This document shows positions 7,218 through 15,545 of a DNA stretch of 64,000 bases, in pieces. Numbering within the stretch: position 1 is the stretch's first letter; each line of letters opens with the position of its first letter. The translations under genes and the position numbers were made by a program. Below the pieces are notes generated by a model that did not search any database, was not told the origin of the DNA, and worked only from the letters and a program-made list of their open reading frames with translations. Source of the DNA: a virus (taxonomy: Duplodnaviria; Caudoviricetes); IMG/VR virus record IMGVR_UViG_3300014205_000015, positions 13,731 through 77,730 of that record; one strand, written 5' to 3'.

Positions 7218-8450
7218 ATGGCTAAACGCAAGACGACCACGAACGATGCCAGGCAGGACAACGGCGCAAAGAAGCCAAGAGCTAAGAAGGCAGCCAAGCA
7301 GACCTGCGGCAACTGTAAGCACTGGGTCAACGAAATGGGCGGCTGGGCTGATTGTGAGGTACACGACCTAAACCAGCCTGCATCGCAGTCATGCAGCGAT
7401 TGGCTCAGCCTAACAGCACCTGACAGCCCAGAAGCACCGAGCGACCCCAAAAACATCCAAGGCGCAATAAGCACTACTAAGACCACCAACAGTAAAGAAC
7501 CAACTAACCAGGCAGGCAGAGAAGGGGACAGCAGCGAGGACCAGCTAGCCACGCCAGGCAGCCGCACCCAGCAAAGCACCCCACAGCCAACCCCACCAAC
7601 ACGGCAAGCAGTCACCAATGACCCAAAACAAGACGAAGGCGCCAAAGCTCCAAGAGAGAAGAGAACGGGAAGTGTGGATACTAACCATCGAACTCGGGCT
7701 ATTCTGGACAAAGCCAGCGAAACCCCACCAGCCGCAACCAGCCAAGCCACCCCACAACTAGAGCCAACCACAAGGGAAATCAAAGCGGGGGACGATACCC
7801 TCTCCGTAGCCGAGTCCGCCACGAGCTACGTGGATAGCAGCCTCACGCGGGAAGAATCGCAGGCTGAAGCAACCAGGCGTTGGCGAAATTCAGGGATCGC
7901 CGAGCAGGTTGCGGTCTTTCGGGATCGGGTTCGCGAGGAGTACAAGGCGCAGAATCCAGGCTGCAAGCGGCGCGATGCCCATGAGTTTGCTTGGTCCAGT
8001 GCAATAGCCGCGTTTCCACCTCCAGGCGTTGATCCAGCCGAGCCCGAGCCCATAGCAGCCGCTGCGCCCGAGCCAGAAACGTCCACAATTGTGGACATCT
8101 CGCCCGCCCCAATAGCCTCGGACCAGGGCGTTCCAGGGCTAGGAACTCTGCCCGATAGCTGGGGGACGCTCGCAGCCAATGCCAGTCTCCAGGTTGAAAT
8201 CTCATGGGTATCCGCCAATCGCCTAAGAGTAAGGGATGGCAACGGGGTCGATTTATCCAAGGCATTGAGCCCGGCACCGTCTTATAGCGCTCTGAGCTGG
8301 CTGGAGACTTCCATCCTGTTTCCAAGCAAGTTTGCCGACATCTCAGTGAAGGCCACGCAGAACCAAGAAGACGAGAAAGAGCACATCCGCAGGGAAAAGC
8401 TGTCAATTGAGGAGGTCCGCGGGTTACTAAAGGAGATGCTGGAGGGCTAA
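7218..8450 (+). CDS. hypothetical protein, possible terminase small subunit
   Basis: 410-aa ORF with GGAG RBS, disordered N-terminal half and helical C-terminus; TerS call is positional inference only. Confidence 0.45.
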   Translation: MAKRKTTTNDARQDNGAKKPRAKKAAKQTCGNCKHWVNEMGGWADCEVHDLNQPASQSCSDWLSLTAPDSPEAPSDPKNIQGAISTTKTTNSKEPTNQAGREGDSSEDQLATPGSRTQQSTPQPTPPTRQAVTNDPKQDEGAKAPREKRTGSVDTNHRTRAILDKASETPPAATSQATPQLEPTTREIKAGDDTLSVAESATSYVDSSLTREESQAEATRRWRNSGIAEQVAVFRDRVREEYKAQNPGCKRRDAHEFAWSSAIAAFPPPGVDPAEPEPIAAAAPEPETSTIVDISPAPIASDQGVPGLGTLPDSWGTLAANASLQVEISWVSANRLRVRDGNGVDLSKALSPAPSYSALSWLETSILFPSKFADISVKATQNQEDEKEHIRREKLSIEEVRGLLKEMLEG

Positions 8451-8911
8451 ACGTCCACAATTGTGGATAAGGACAACCCAGCTTAACATTCCAGGGATGT
8501 CCACAATTGTGGATACTCACCCCTCTTCTGCTAGAAACTATCGTTTTCTCAGGGGTTTAGCTACTTTCTCCATCGTAGAGTATAAAGCCAATGCACAATC
8601 CAGCCTCGGCACCAGGGCAGGGATGTAGCGTAGGGGCAGCGTGGTAGGTGGGGCTATGGGCGAGGGAGCGTAGGCGCGTGGGGCTGGGCGAGGGCTGAGA
8701 GCCTGTGCGTGTAGTGGTGCAGGGGACGATGGACAGCGCCAAGTGCATGGCTGCTGGCTTCGAGGGCGATGAGAGGCAGCAAGGGAAGGCGACCACATCG
8801 AAGGCGGACCTGGCATCGGAACGGAAAACGAACCGGACCGCCCCGCCCCCAGCGCGGGACTCCTTCTAATGTCCCTCTTATCTGCCAACCCAATTTCAGC
8901 GTCATCTCACC

Positions 8912-8940
8912 TAGCAAGTAACAGGCATATATGTTATACT
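8912..8940 (+). promoter_or_regulatory. sigma70-like promoter (TAGCAA-17 nt-TATACT, extended TG)
   Basis: Directly upstream of AGGAG and ATG 8947. Confidence 0.5.
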
Positions 8941-8946
8941 AGGAGC

Positions 8947-9849
8947 ATGAGCAAACCAATGCAGATTACCGCTGGCGACAAGTACGGGCGACTGACTGTT
9001 ATTCGCGAGGTTGACGCGAAGTATTCTGGTGGTCATCGCCAGAGGTGCGTGGAGTGCCGGTGTGAGTGTGGGGTGGTGAAGGAGTATCGGCTTTACACGA
9101 TTCGGAACGGGAACACTAAGTCGTGTGGGTGCTTGGCTAATGAAGTAGCTGGTGCGAATTTGCGGACGCATGGTCTTTCGGATCGAGAGGAGTATCGGAT
9201 TTGGCAGGGAATGCTTAATCGTTGCCGCAACGAGAATGAGGGCAACTACCACAATTACGGAGGTCGCGGGATTGCGGTGTGTGAGCGCTGGAAGGAATCG
9301 TTCGAGAAGTTTTTTGAGGATATGGGTCCACGTCCGTCTGTGAAGCACAGCATTGACCGCATTGACAATGACGGCAACTACGAGCCAGGCAATTGCCGGT
9401 GGGCGACATCGAAGGAGCAGTCTAGGAATAAGCGGGTCAATTATCTCGTATCGCATGATGGCGAAACCAAGTGTGTGTCGGAGTGGGCGGAGAAGCATGG
9501 TCTCAAGTCTTCAGTGCTTTACTATCGGCTGGTTAAGCTTGGGTGGACGTTTGAGAAGTCGGTTAGCTGGCCGTCATTTAACCGTTCTTCCGCTAGGTCT
9601 TGTAATCCGCATTACCGAGTTCCGATGAAGGAGCGGGATGCTTCATGGCAGCGAGAGCATGAGCGACTTGAGGTGATTCGCATTGCGAAAGATCGCCGAG
9701 AACTGGAGTCGTGCGGAGAAAGCTTAGCCAAGTCGCATCGACTGGACGCGAGCGAGTTTAAGTCTCGAGTGGATGCTGCGCTGGTCGAAGGCTGGACGTG
9801 GAAAGGCTCGGTTTTGCGTGCATTGCAAGAGATGGGCTCCGTTGAATAA
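8947..9849 (+). CDS. HNH homing-endonuclease-like protein
   Basis: GDKYGRLTV...CRCECG...KSCGC module, YGGRGIAVCERW, SIDRIDNDGNYEPGNCRWAT. Confidence 0.85.
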   Translation: MSKPMQITAGDKYGRLTVIREVDAKYSGGHRQRCVECRCECGVVKEYRLYTIRNGNTKSCGCLANEVAGANLRTHGLSDREEYRIWQGMLNRCRNENEGNYHNYGGRGIAVCERWKESFEKFFEDMGPRPSVKHSIDRIDNDGNYEPGNCRWATSKEQSRNKRVNYLVSHDGETKCVSEWAEKHGLKSSVLYYRLVKLGWTFEKSVSWPSFNRSSARSCNPHYRVPMKERDASWQREHERLEVIRIAKDRRELESCGESLAKSHRLDASEFKSRVDAALVEGWTWKGSVLRALQEMGSVE

Positions 9850-9854
9850 TTGAC

Positions 9855-9883
9855 TTGCTTTCTGGGGTCCGTTCAGATATGAT
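9855..9883 (+). promoter_or_regulatory. sigma70-like promoter (TTGCTT-17 nt-TATGAT)
   Basis: Start site would fall immediately before the tRNA-like gene. Confidence 0.65.
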
Positions 9884-9890
9884 GCTTTAT

Positions 9891-9964
9891 GGAGTCGGTA
9901 GCTCAGGGGTAGAGCAGCGGGGCATGTAATCCGCGGTTGATGGTTCGAATCCGTCCCGATTCCA
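9891..9964 (+). tRNA. atypical tRNA (Thr-UGU-like, 8-nt anticodon loop)
   Basis: GGAGTCGG/CCGATTCC acceptor, GCTC/GAGC D arm, GCGGG/TCCGC anticodon stem with loop GCATGTAA, GATGG-TTCGAAT-CCGTC T arm. Confidence 0.75.
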
Positions 9965-10000
9965 TTTGTAGTACGTTACGGGCTTTGTGGGAGAAGAGGG

Positions 10001-10261
10001 ATGATTCCTAGACCGACCAACGATTGTTATGTCCCTATTGGCGACTTACCTATGGGTGAAGACAGGTTCAGGATGCTTTCGGAGGAAAACGCTAGGTTGC
10101 GGGCGGCTGGTGCACAGATGGCGATAGCGGCGCTGAGGGTGTCGACTGAGTACGACGGCGTTCATCGGTTGCTACTTGCTGTTTCTGTCTGGGCTAAGGC
10201 GATGGCTGATGAACATGGTCGTGGTGAGAAGGCAGGGGAGCAATCAGATGGTAGAGATTAA
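10001..10261 (+). CDS. hypothetical protein
   Basis: 86-aa ORF with GAGGG RBS. Confidence 0.65.
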   Translation: MIPRPTNDCYVPIGDLPMGEDRFRMLSEENARLRAAGAQMAIAALRVSTEYDGVHRLLLAVSVWAKAMADEHGRGEKAGEQSDGRD

Positions 10262-10577
10262 AGCTGGTGTGGAGTTGGATAGGGCGGTAGCAGAGGCGAT
10301 AGGCTGGCGGATTGAAGCATGTCGCCCATTGGACTGGATTGGTTCAAATGGCGTTTCTGTTGAGGAGTTTCGTCCTTCTGTGGATTTGAACTGGGCGTTT
10401 GCTGCTGCGGAGAAGGTGGGGCTGTTTGACCGCTGGGTAATTGGCCAATGGTCGAATCCACCACAATCTGGATGGGGCATAGAAGGCGATGATAGCCCAG
10501 TTACTTCCTTGTACCCTACCCCTGCACTTGCTATTTGCGCTGCGATACTTGCATTAGGGAAGGAGAGCGAATCGTGA
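10248..10577 (+). CDS. phage ABA-sandwich/DUF2591-like protein
   Basis: ELDRAVAEAIGW...FRPSVDLNWAF...TPALAICAAIL pattern. Confidence 0.65.
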   Translation: MVEIKAGVELDRAVAEAIGWRIEACRPLDWIGSNGVSVEEFRPSVDLNWAFAAAEKVGLFDRWVIGQWSNPPQSGWGIEGDDSPVTSLYPTPALAICAAILALGKESES

Positions 10578-10816
10578 GCATACGTGTTACGGCGGTGTTG
10601 ACTTGCGACACATGCGGTCGGGAATGTGGCTTGGAGCCAGTTTCTAAGGCTGGAGAGGCGACTGTCATTGCGCAACGGTTACGAGTCGCAGCGGAACATT
10701 GTGGTTGGAAGACTATTAGCCGTGGTAGATTCCATACTCCGACGCATTACTGTCCTTGTTGCCAGGACAAGCCGATGAAACCTGTGCCGCGGGCGAAGTG
10801 CGATTCGGGATTATGA
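10574..10816 (+). CDS. small zinc-finger protein
   Basis: CDTC...CPCC; GTG start overlaps the upstream TGA. Confidence 0.6.
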   Translation: MSIRVTAVLTCDTCGRECGLEPVSKAGEATVIAQRLRVAAEHCGWKTISRGRFHTPTHYCPCCQDKPMKPVPRAKCDSGL

Positions 10817-10852
10817 CCCCTGCACTCATAGGCTCATAAAGCCCGCCAGTCG

Positions 10853-11134
10853 CTAGATAAACGTAGTATCGCCTACAACGACAGCCACCGAGTCCTGGCT
10901 GTAGCTCTTGCGGCAGTTCGTAATGGCTTCCTGTAGTTCATTAACCTGATTGCCAAGAATCTCACAGACCCAGCAGGCGTTCTGCCACGGGGCGTCCCAG
11001 TCAGACCCACCGCAGAAGTGGACGCGATATACATTGCTCCGAACCACTAGGTTCATCGACGCGGCGAAGTTAGCCCAATCGCCCTGAGTAAGCTTGTTGT
11101 CGGAATTTCCGATTTGAACTACCACTGTCTTCAT
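10853..11134 (-). CDS. hypothetical phage protein (QIGNSDNKLTQ motif)
   Basis: 93-aa ORF. Confidence 0.7.
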   Translation of the reverse strand: MKTVVVQIGNSDNKLTQGDWANFAASMNLVVRSNVYRVHFCGGSDWDAPWQNACWVCEILGNQVNELQEAITNCRKSYSQDSVAVVVGDTTFI

Positions 11135-11138
11135 TGCT

Positions 11139-11846
11139 TTATTCCTGTGTTCGGTGGCTAGGAGAGTCAGCTACCATTTTTGCCAGCGCCCCAAACACTG
11201 CTATGAATGTCTCCTGTGAGACTGATCGCCAGTTGTCTGCGCGATGGCGGATGATGGATAGCTTGCACTGCTCGATTGCTTCGGCTAGGTCGTCTGGTAG
11301 GTCTCGCAAGGTATCCCAGTTGAGAATCATGGGCGGCGTTTCTTCTGATTTTGGTTCTGAGTGGCTTTTGTAGCGCTGGATTATCCGCATTGCAGTGTCG
11401 TATGCGCGGGCATCTTCCCATGAAGTCCATGAATTTAACCGGCAATCCATCTCTAGCGCTTCGGTAGTATTTGATTCGACCCAAGCCTCAAAAGATTCGA
11501 GTGACCCATCGGAGTTCCCGGCTGGTTTTGGTTCATCCAGTTTCGATTCAACGGTCCTGAGCCGCATGTCTAGTTCAGCGATTGCGTCCTCCACGGGTCG
11601 AGATGGCAGGCGTCCCCGTAACTCATCAATTAGCGCTTCGACATCATCAACATTGTCCCAACCATCACCGCCAATGGCACGAAACTCTTCACGCCACTCC
11701 GCGAATGACTTCTGTTGTGGTGATGCTTCCTTGTCCGCTAGTCGGGCATCCGCGCCCGAACAAGCGGATGCAATAGGTTGGCTACCTCCGCACTTGGTAC
11801 ACACAGGTCCATCGTTCATGTAATTACACTTGCATATCCAAGTCAT
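11139..11846 (-). CDS. hypothetical protein with an N-terminal RanBP2-like zinc finger
   Basis: WICKCNYMNDGPVCTKCG. Confidence 0.7.
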   Translation of the reverse strand: MTWICKCNYMNDGPVCTKCGGSQPIASACSGADARLADKEASPQQKSFAEWREEFRAIGGDGWDNVDDVEALIDELRGRLPSRPVEDAIAELDMRLRTVESKLDEPKPAGNSDGSLESFEAWVESNTTEALEMDCRLNSWTSWEDARAYDTAMRIIQRYKSHSEPKSEETPPMILNWDTLRDLPDDLAEAIEQCKLSIIRHRADNWRSVSQETFIAVFGALAKMVADSPSHRTQE

Positions 11847-12109
11847 CGGTGTTCCCTTTCCATTTCAATTTTAGAGCGTTTGACTTCTTGGATTGCTGCT
11901 TTAATTCCATCCTCTTTGGTTGGTCCGACACAATGCGTCATGGGCCAACCGCTGTGGAAGCGGTAGCTGTGCTGTCCGTCCATCTTCGGAGAGTGCATTT
12001 GCATCTGACCGAAAAAGAAGTCGAGCATGTCCGCTGCTTCGTCAATGTCTCCATCGTGGCATTTGTCGTAGTCACGTAGTCGCTCGAAAATTGGTCTCGA
12101 GTCAGTCAT
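11843..12109 (-). CDS. hypothetical protein
   Basis: 88-aa ORF with GGAG RBS; overlaps its neighbours. Confidence 0.7.
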   Translation of the reverse strand: MTDSRPIFERLRDYDKCHDGDIDEAADMLDFFFGQMQMHSPKMDGQHSYRFHSGWPMTHCVGPTKEDGIKAAIQEVKRSKIEMEREHR

Positions 12110-12398
12110 TGGGTTTCTCCATTCGGGTAATTAAGAACTCACAGCACTCTCTCCATCCACGCTTATAGTCTGCTGAAGCGTCGACATCGAAAAGGGCATC
12201 GGCAGCGCCTCTGATAAGCGTCTCTTCCTTGGACCATGTAACGGGTTGGTCGCTCACAGCATCTGGTGAGCTGGCGACGGGTTGCGGCGTGTTCACGCGT
12301 GGAAACAGGGGCTTCACTATCAGCACTGCCATGCAACTCGCAAAAAAGACGGCAAGAAACATAACCAGGACAGCAAGGGCGAAGTCGTACTTATTCAT
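12102..12398 (-). CDS. hypothetical protein with an N-terminal membrane anchor
   Basis: MNKYDFALAVLVMFLAVFFASCMAVLIV. Confidence 0.6.
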   Translation of the reverse strand: MNKYDFALAVLVMFLAVFFASCMAVLIVKPLFPRVNTPQPVASSPDAVSDQPVTWSKEETLIRGAADALFDVDASADYKRGWRECCEFLITRMEKPND

Positions 12399-12451
12399 TG
12401 GTTTGACTCGGCACAAGGGGTAATTCAAACAACGACACTAATCTTACCACA

Positions 12452-12480
12452 TTGACCCAAAACAGCAAGTTGGTTATGAT
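12452..12480 (+). promoter_or_regulatory. sigma70-like promoter (TTGACC-17 nt-TATGAT)
   Basis: Near-consensus; drives the tRNA-like RNA at 12491. Confidence 0.75.
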
Positions 12481-12490
12481 TCAGATTACT

Positions 12491-12648
12491 GGGGTGCAAG
12501 GAGCGGTGAAGTGTCCGCTACGGCTGCTAGAGGTCGACGTTGCCAGTTTCAACGGAATCAGCGAATTGATGCGAGGCGACATGACGCGAAGCACAAACAT
12601 TCGCTACCGGGCAGCGGCGCACGGTGGTTCAAGTCCATCGGCACCCAC
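12491..12648 (+). ncRNA. expanded tRNA-like RNA (~158 nt)
   Basis: GGGTGC/GCACCC terminal stem, CGGTGG-TTCAAGT-CCATCG T arm, AGCGG/CCGCT hairpin in the D-arm position, multi-hairpin insert closed by GCTGC/GCAGC. Confidence 0.65.
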
Positions 12649-12667
12649 TTAGTCAAACAATGGGAGA

Positions 12668-13021
12668 GTGATTGTGAACGAAAGCGATGATGGAGTTACG
12701 AGAGCTGAAAACATCCCTCAGGACGCAATGCAGTACATGGTCCTCCGTGGATGGATGGTTGAGAGTTTAACTCGCGACGATTCCACGGTTCCACCAACAC
12801 TGTACTACACTCTAAGGAGGAGTGATTCCATAGACTTGATGGACGTATTGCGAGACATGACAGCAGAGCTTCTGGATATGCTCAAGCGGTTTGCAGCCCA
12901 CGGCGAGCAGTTGTGGGATGACGAAAACTTCCGGCAAGGCTACAAAAAGGTTTCTAGCGGCGATCTTGTCGATTGCCGGAATTTGTTGCGGAAGTTCGGT
13001 GTCACAGAATTCAACGAATGA
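12668..13021 (+). CDS. hypothetical protein
   Basis: 117-aa ORF with GGGAG RBS. Confidence 0.65.
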   Translation: MIVNESDDGVTRAENIPQDAMQYMVLRGWMVESLTRDDSTVPPTLYYTLRRSDSIDLMDVLRDMTAELLDMLKRFAAHGEQLWDDENFRQGYKKVSSGDLVDCRNLLRKFGVTEFNE

Positions 13022-13341
13022 GGTGGAAGATGAGAGGTTTACTGTTCCTGATGGCGATTCTGTTTGCAGCGCCCTGCTACTCCCAAGACAGTTACAACTA
13101 CCGGGGAGGCTATGAACGGTTTGGTAGTCCCACGGCGAGATGGAGTACGAATCCACCCCGACTGTACTCAAGTGATGGGACGTATCTCGGGGAACTGAGT
13201 CAGAACAGGTATCGGGCTGACAGCGTGTCGAACCCCTATTCACGTTTCGGAAGCAGGTACAGCCCTGACTCAATCAACAATGTCCACGGACCTTACGGTA
13301 GGTATCGCACGCAGCCGATTTACGTTTATCCAAGGTGGTGA
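13018..13341 (+). CDS. secreted Tyr/Gly/Ser-rich protein (NPYSRFGSRYSPDSINN motif)
   Basis: Signal-peptide-like N-terminus; ATGA overlap with the upstream gene. Confidence 0.7.
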   Translation: MRWKMRGLLFLMAILFAAPCYSQDSYNYRGGYERFGSPTARWSTNPPRLYSSDGTYLGELSQNRYRADSVSNPYSRFGSRYSPDSINNVHGPYGRYRTQPIYVYPRW

Positions 13342-13347
13342 GCTATT

Positions 13348-13620
13348 ATGGTAAGTGGCGAACGGATTATTGGCGGGAACATACAGTTCAGGCGTTTTGC
13401 GTACCTGCACAAACGGGATCGCAGTAAGTTCGGCTTGCTGGACGCGGTTGATTATCGGAACGCATGCGATCATCTTGGCAGTGGCTATTACATTCGGACG
13501 ACGTGGCTCACGTTAGAGGAAGAACACGCCCAAGGCTCAGATTGTGATCGTCGGAGGGAGATAGTCTCATCGATATTTATGAATCCGGCATCAGTCGCAT
13601 TTGTCGGTCGTGCTGAGTAA
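13348..13620 (+). CDS. hypothetical protein
   Basis: 90-aa ORF with GGAG RBS. Confidence 0.6.
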   Translation: MVSGERIIGGNIQFRRFAYLHKRDRSKFGLLDAVDYRNACDHLGSGYYIRTTWLTLEEEHAQGSDCDRRREIVSSIFMNPASVAFVGRAE

Positions 13621-13789
13621 TGAGCCAACCAAATCGCTACGAAGAAGAAACCACGGACTACCGCAGAGGATTCGTGGAAGGACAAGCAGGCGAACGAGAC
13701 GTTTACCTGCTCTACACTGGATGTACTGACGTGGAATAATACTGCCGTGGTTACTTGGATGGGATATTGGAACAGAAACAGGAGCCAAA

Positions 13790-14260
13790 ATGAGCGAACG
13801 ATGGGACAATCATTTCTTGCGATTGTGTCAGGACCATGCAAGGATGTCGAAAGACCCAAGCACACGAGTTGGCGCTGTAATAGTCGGACCTGACGGGGAA
13901 ATTAGGTCGGCTGGATTCAACGGTTTCCCACGCGGAATTCTCGATAGCGACGAACGCCTGAACGACCGAGACACAAAGCTAAAGCTGATGGTCCACGGGG
14001 AAATGAACGCGATTTTAGCAGCTGCGAGAGTTGGGACGCCGGTGAAGGGATGCACGCTGTACCTCGCGGCTACTGATTCATCGGGGATTGTGTGGGGCGG
14101 TCCTCCGTGTGTGCGCTGTACAGTTGAAGTAATTCAGGCAGGCATAACAGAAGTGGTGTCTTACCCCAAACGCAGTGTTCCATCAAAATGGCATGAGGAT
14201 TTGGCAATGGCTGAAACTCTTTTACGTGAAGCGGGGATTGGTTACAGATGCGTCGATTAG
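13790..14260 (+). CDS. dCMP deaminase (cytidine/deoxycytidylate deaminase family)
   Basis: SKDPSTRVGAVIV, HGEMNAI, PCVRC zinc-binding motifs. Confidence 0.92.
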   Translation: MSERWDNHFLRLCQDHARMSKDPSTRVGAVIVGPDGEIRSAGFNGFPRGILDSDERLNDRDTKLKLMVHGEMNAILAAARVGTPVKGCTLYLAATDSSGIVWGGPPCVRCTVEVIQAGITEVVSYPKRSVPSKWHEDLAMAETLLREAGIGYRCVD

Positions 14261-14547
14261 AAATCAAACCCGGAGAAACCTACGGCGACCTCAAAATCAT
14301 CAAGGAAGTCGAATCCAGGGGCAAACGTCACTTTTTATGCCAGTGTGCCTGTGGCGGAAGTCCGTCAGTTCACCGACTGGGGCACTTACGCTCAGGTCAC
14401 GCCACGACATGCGGTCGCTGTGGTTTCGAATTTGAGGGACAGCGGAAGACAATCGCAGATTGGGCGGAATTGTATGGGCTGAAGGAGTCTACGTTGCGAG
14501 CTCGGCTAAAGGTGATGGGCGTTAAAGAGGCACTGGAGCGGACATGA
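14248..14547 (+). CDS. HNH-family derivative lacking the nuclease core
   Basis: N-terminal GETYGDL...CQCACG module joined directly to the C-terminal HTH (TIADWAELYGLKESTLRARL). Confidence 0.6.
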   Translation: MRRLEIKPGETYGDLKIIKEVESRGKRHFLCQCACGGSPSVHRLGHLRSGHATTCGRCGFEFEGQRKTIADWAELYGLKESTLRARLKVMGVKEALERT

Positions 14548-14927
14548 GCCAAGCCGACGAATACATCCAGGAAGCACTGGAGCTAGCAGAGGACAATGCT
14601 GGTGACCGCTGCCCGCTGTCGTCCGATGCGTGTGGTGCATACTTCGAGCAGATACGGGACTTGTTACGGAAGGTGAGCGAAAACGCCGGACAGAACGTGA
14701 GCCAAGCCGATTCCGAGGAAATGCACACTGCCCTAGAGCAGATAGCAGCGCTAGCCCATCATGGTGGACTGATAGGATTCTCGGACGTAGACAAGTGCCT
14801 GAGAGAAGTACGGCGGATTTCGTTGAAGTGGTGGGACAAGAGCGAGTGTGCTAGGCTGCAAGAGGAAATAGACGCAGTTCCACCAGGGTTTTCAGATTCT
14901 TCGCACTTTCCTATTGACCCACAGTAG
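14544..14927 (+). CDS. hypothetical protein
   Basis: 127-aa ORF, ATGA overlap. Confidence 0.6.
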   Translation: MSQADEYIQEALELAEDNAGDRCPLSSDACGAYFEQIRDLLRKVSENAGQNVSQADSEEMHTALEQIAALAHHGGLIGFSDVDKCLREVRRISLKWWDKSECARLQEEIDAVPPGFSDSSHFPIDPQ

Positions 14928-14942
14928 CAAGCTGTATAAAGT
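14914..14942 (+). promoter_or_regulatory. sigma70-like promoter for the RAMP/array operon (TTGACC-17 nt-TAAAGT)
   Basis: Shares TTGACCCA and AGCAAG with the 12452 promoter. Confidence 0.55.
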
Positions 14943-14949
14943 ATTAAGT

Positions 14950-15018
14950 GTTGGCTCCCGGAAAAGACTCAACAATACAAACCGTCGATTTACTGTGCGT
15001 TTCTTTCCGGGAGCCAAC
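14950..15018 (+). repeat. 15-bp perfect inverted repeat in the leader
   Basis: GTTGGCTCCCGGAAA at 14950-14964 and TTTCCGGGAGCCAAC at 15004-15018. Confidence 0.85.
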
Positions 15019-15053
15019 GCAGTGATTCGGCGGTTTTTTATTGGAGTGATGCG

Positions 15054-15539
15054 ATGGCTATTGTTGAAAAAGCAAGAGTGAAATGGGCAGATAAAGAGGC
15101 GGCAATTCGGTCGCTCGAGTCTGGCGGTAAAATCGACCCACTGGATTTGATTGAAGCCGCTCGCGATCCTGAACATCCGTGTCACTCTGATTTCACTTGG
15201 GACATCGACCAAGCGGCTGCCGAACGGTGGCGGGATCAAGCCCGTGAGTTGATTCGCTCGTGCAAGTTTGAAGTGCGAGTGGAAGACGTAGGCAGCAGGG
15301 TTTGCATGTACGTTCCATCTGGCGACGAAGATGCAACATTCGTGTCACTACCAAAGATTCGCAGCAAGGCTCAGGCGTCTGCGGTTGTTCTAGCGGAGGT
15401 TGCCATGTTGCTTGGGAATGCTTCTCGGGCATACGGGATAGCGTTGTCGAAAACGAACATTGTTGGCGCTGACGTTGTTGTTCAGTTGAAAGCGATTCGC
15501 GAACTGGTGGCTACGCTGAAGGCTGAGCTAGAGGATTGA
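15054..15539 (+). CDS. partner protein of the RAMP/array locus
   Basis: LIEAARDPEHPCHSDFTWDIDQAAAERWRDQARELIR motif; lies immediately upstream of array 1. Confidence 0.8.
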   Translation: MAIVEKARVKWADKEAAIRSLESGGKIDPLDLIEAARDPEHPCHSDFTWDIDQAAAERWRDQARELIRSCKFEVRVEDVGSRVCMYVPSGDEDATFVSLPKIRSKAQASAVVLAEVAMLLGNASRAYGIALSKTNIVGADVVVQLKAIRELVATLKAELED

Positions 15540-15545
15540 TTCATT

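Noticed and set aside
12452-12652. 66-aa ORF or tmRNA
   Set aside because: The ORF starts inside the -35 box; the RNA is too short for tmRNA and lacks G3-U70 and a stop-terminated tag frame
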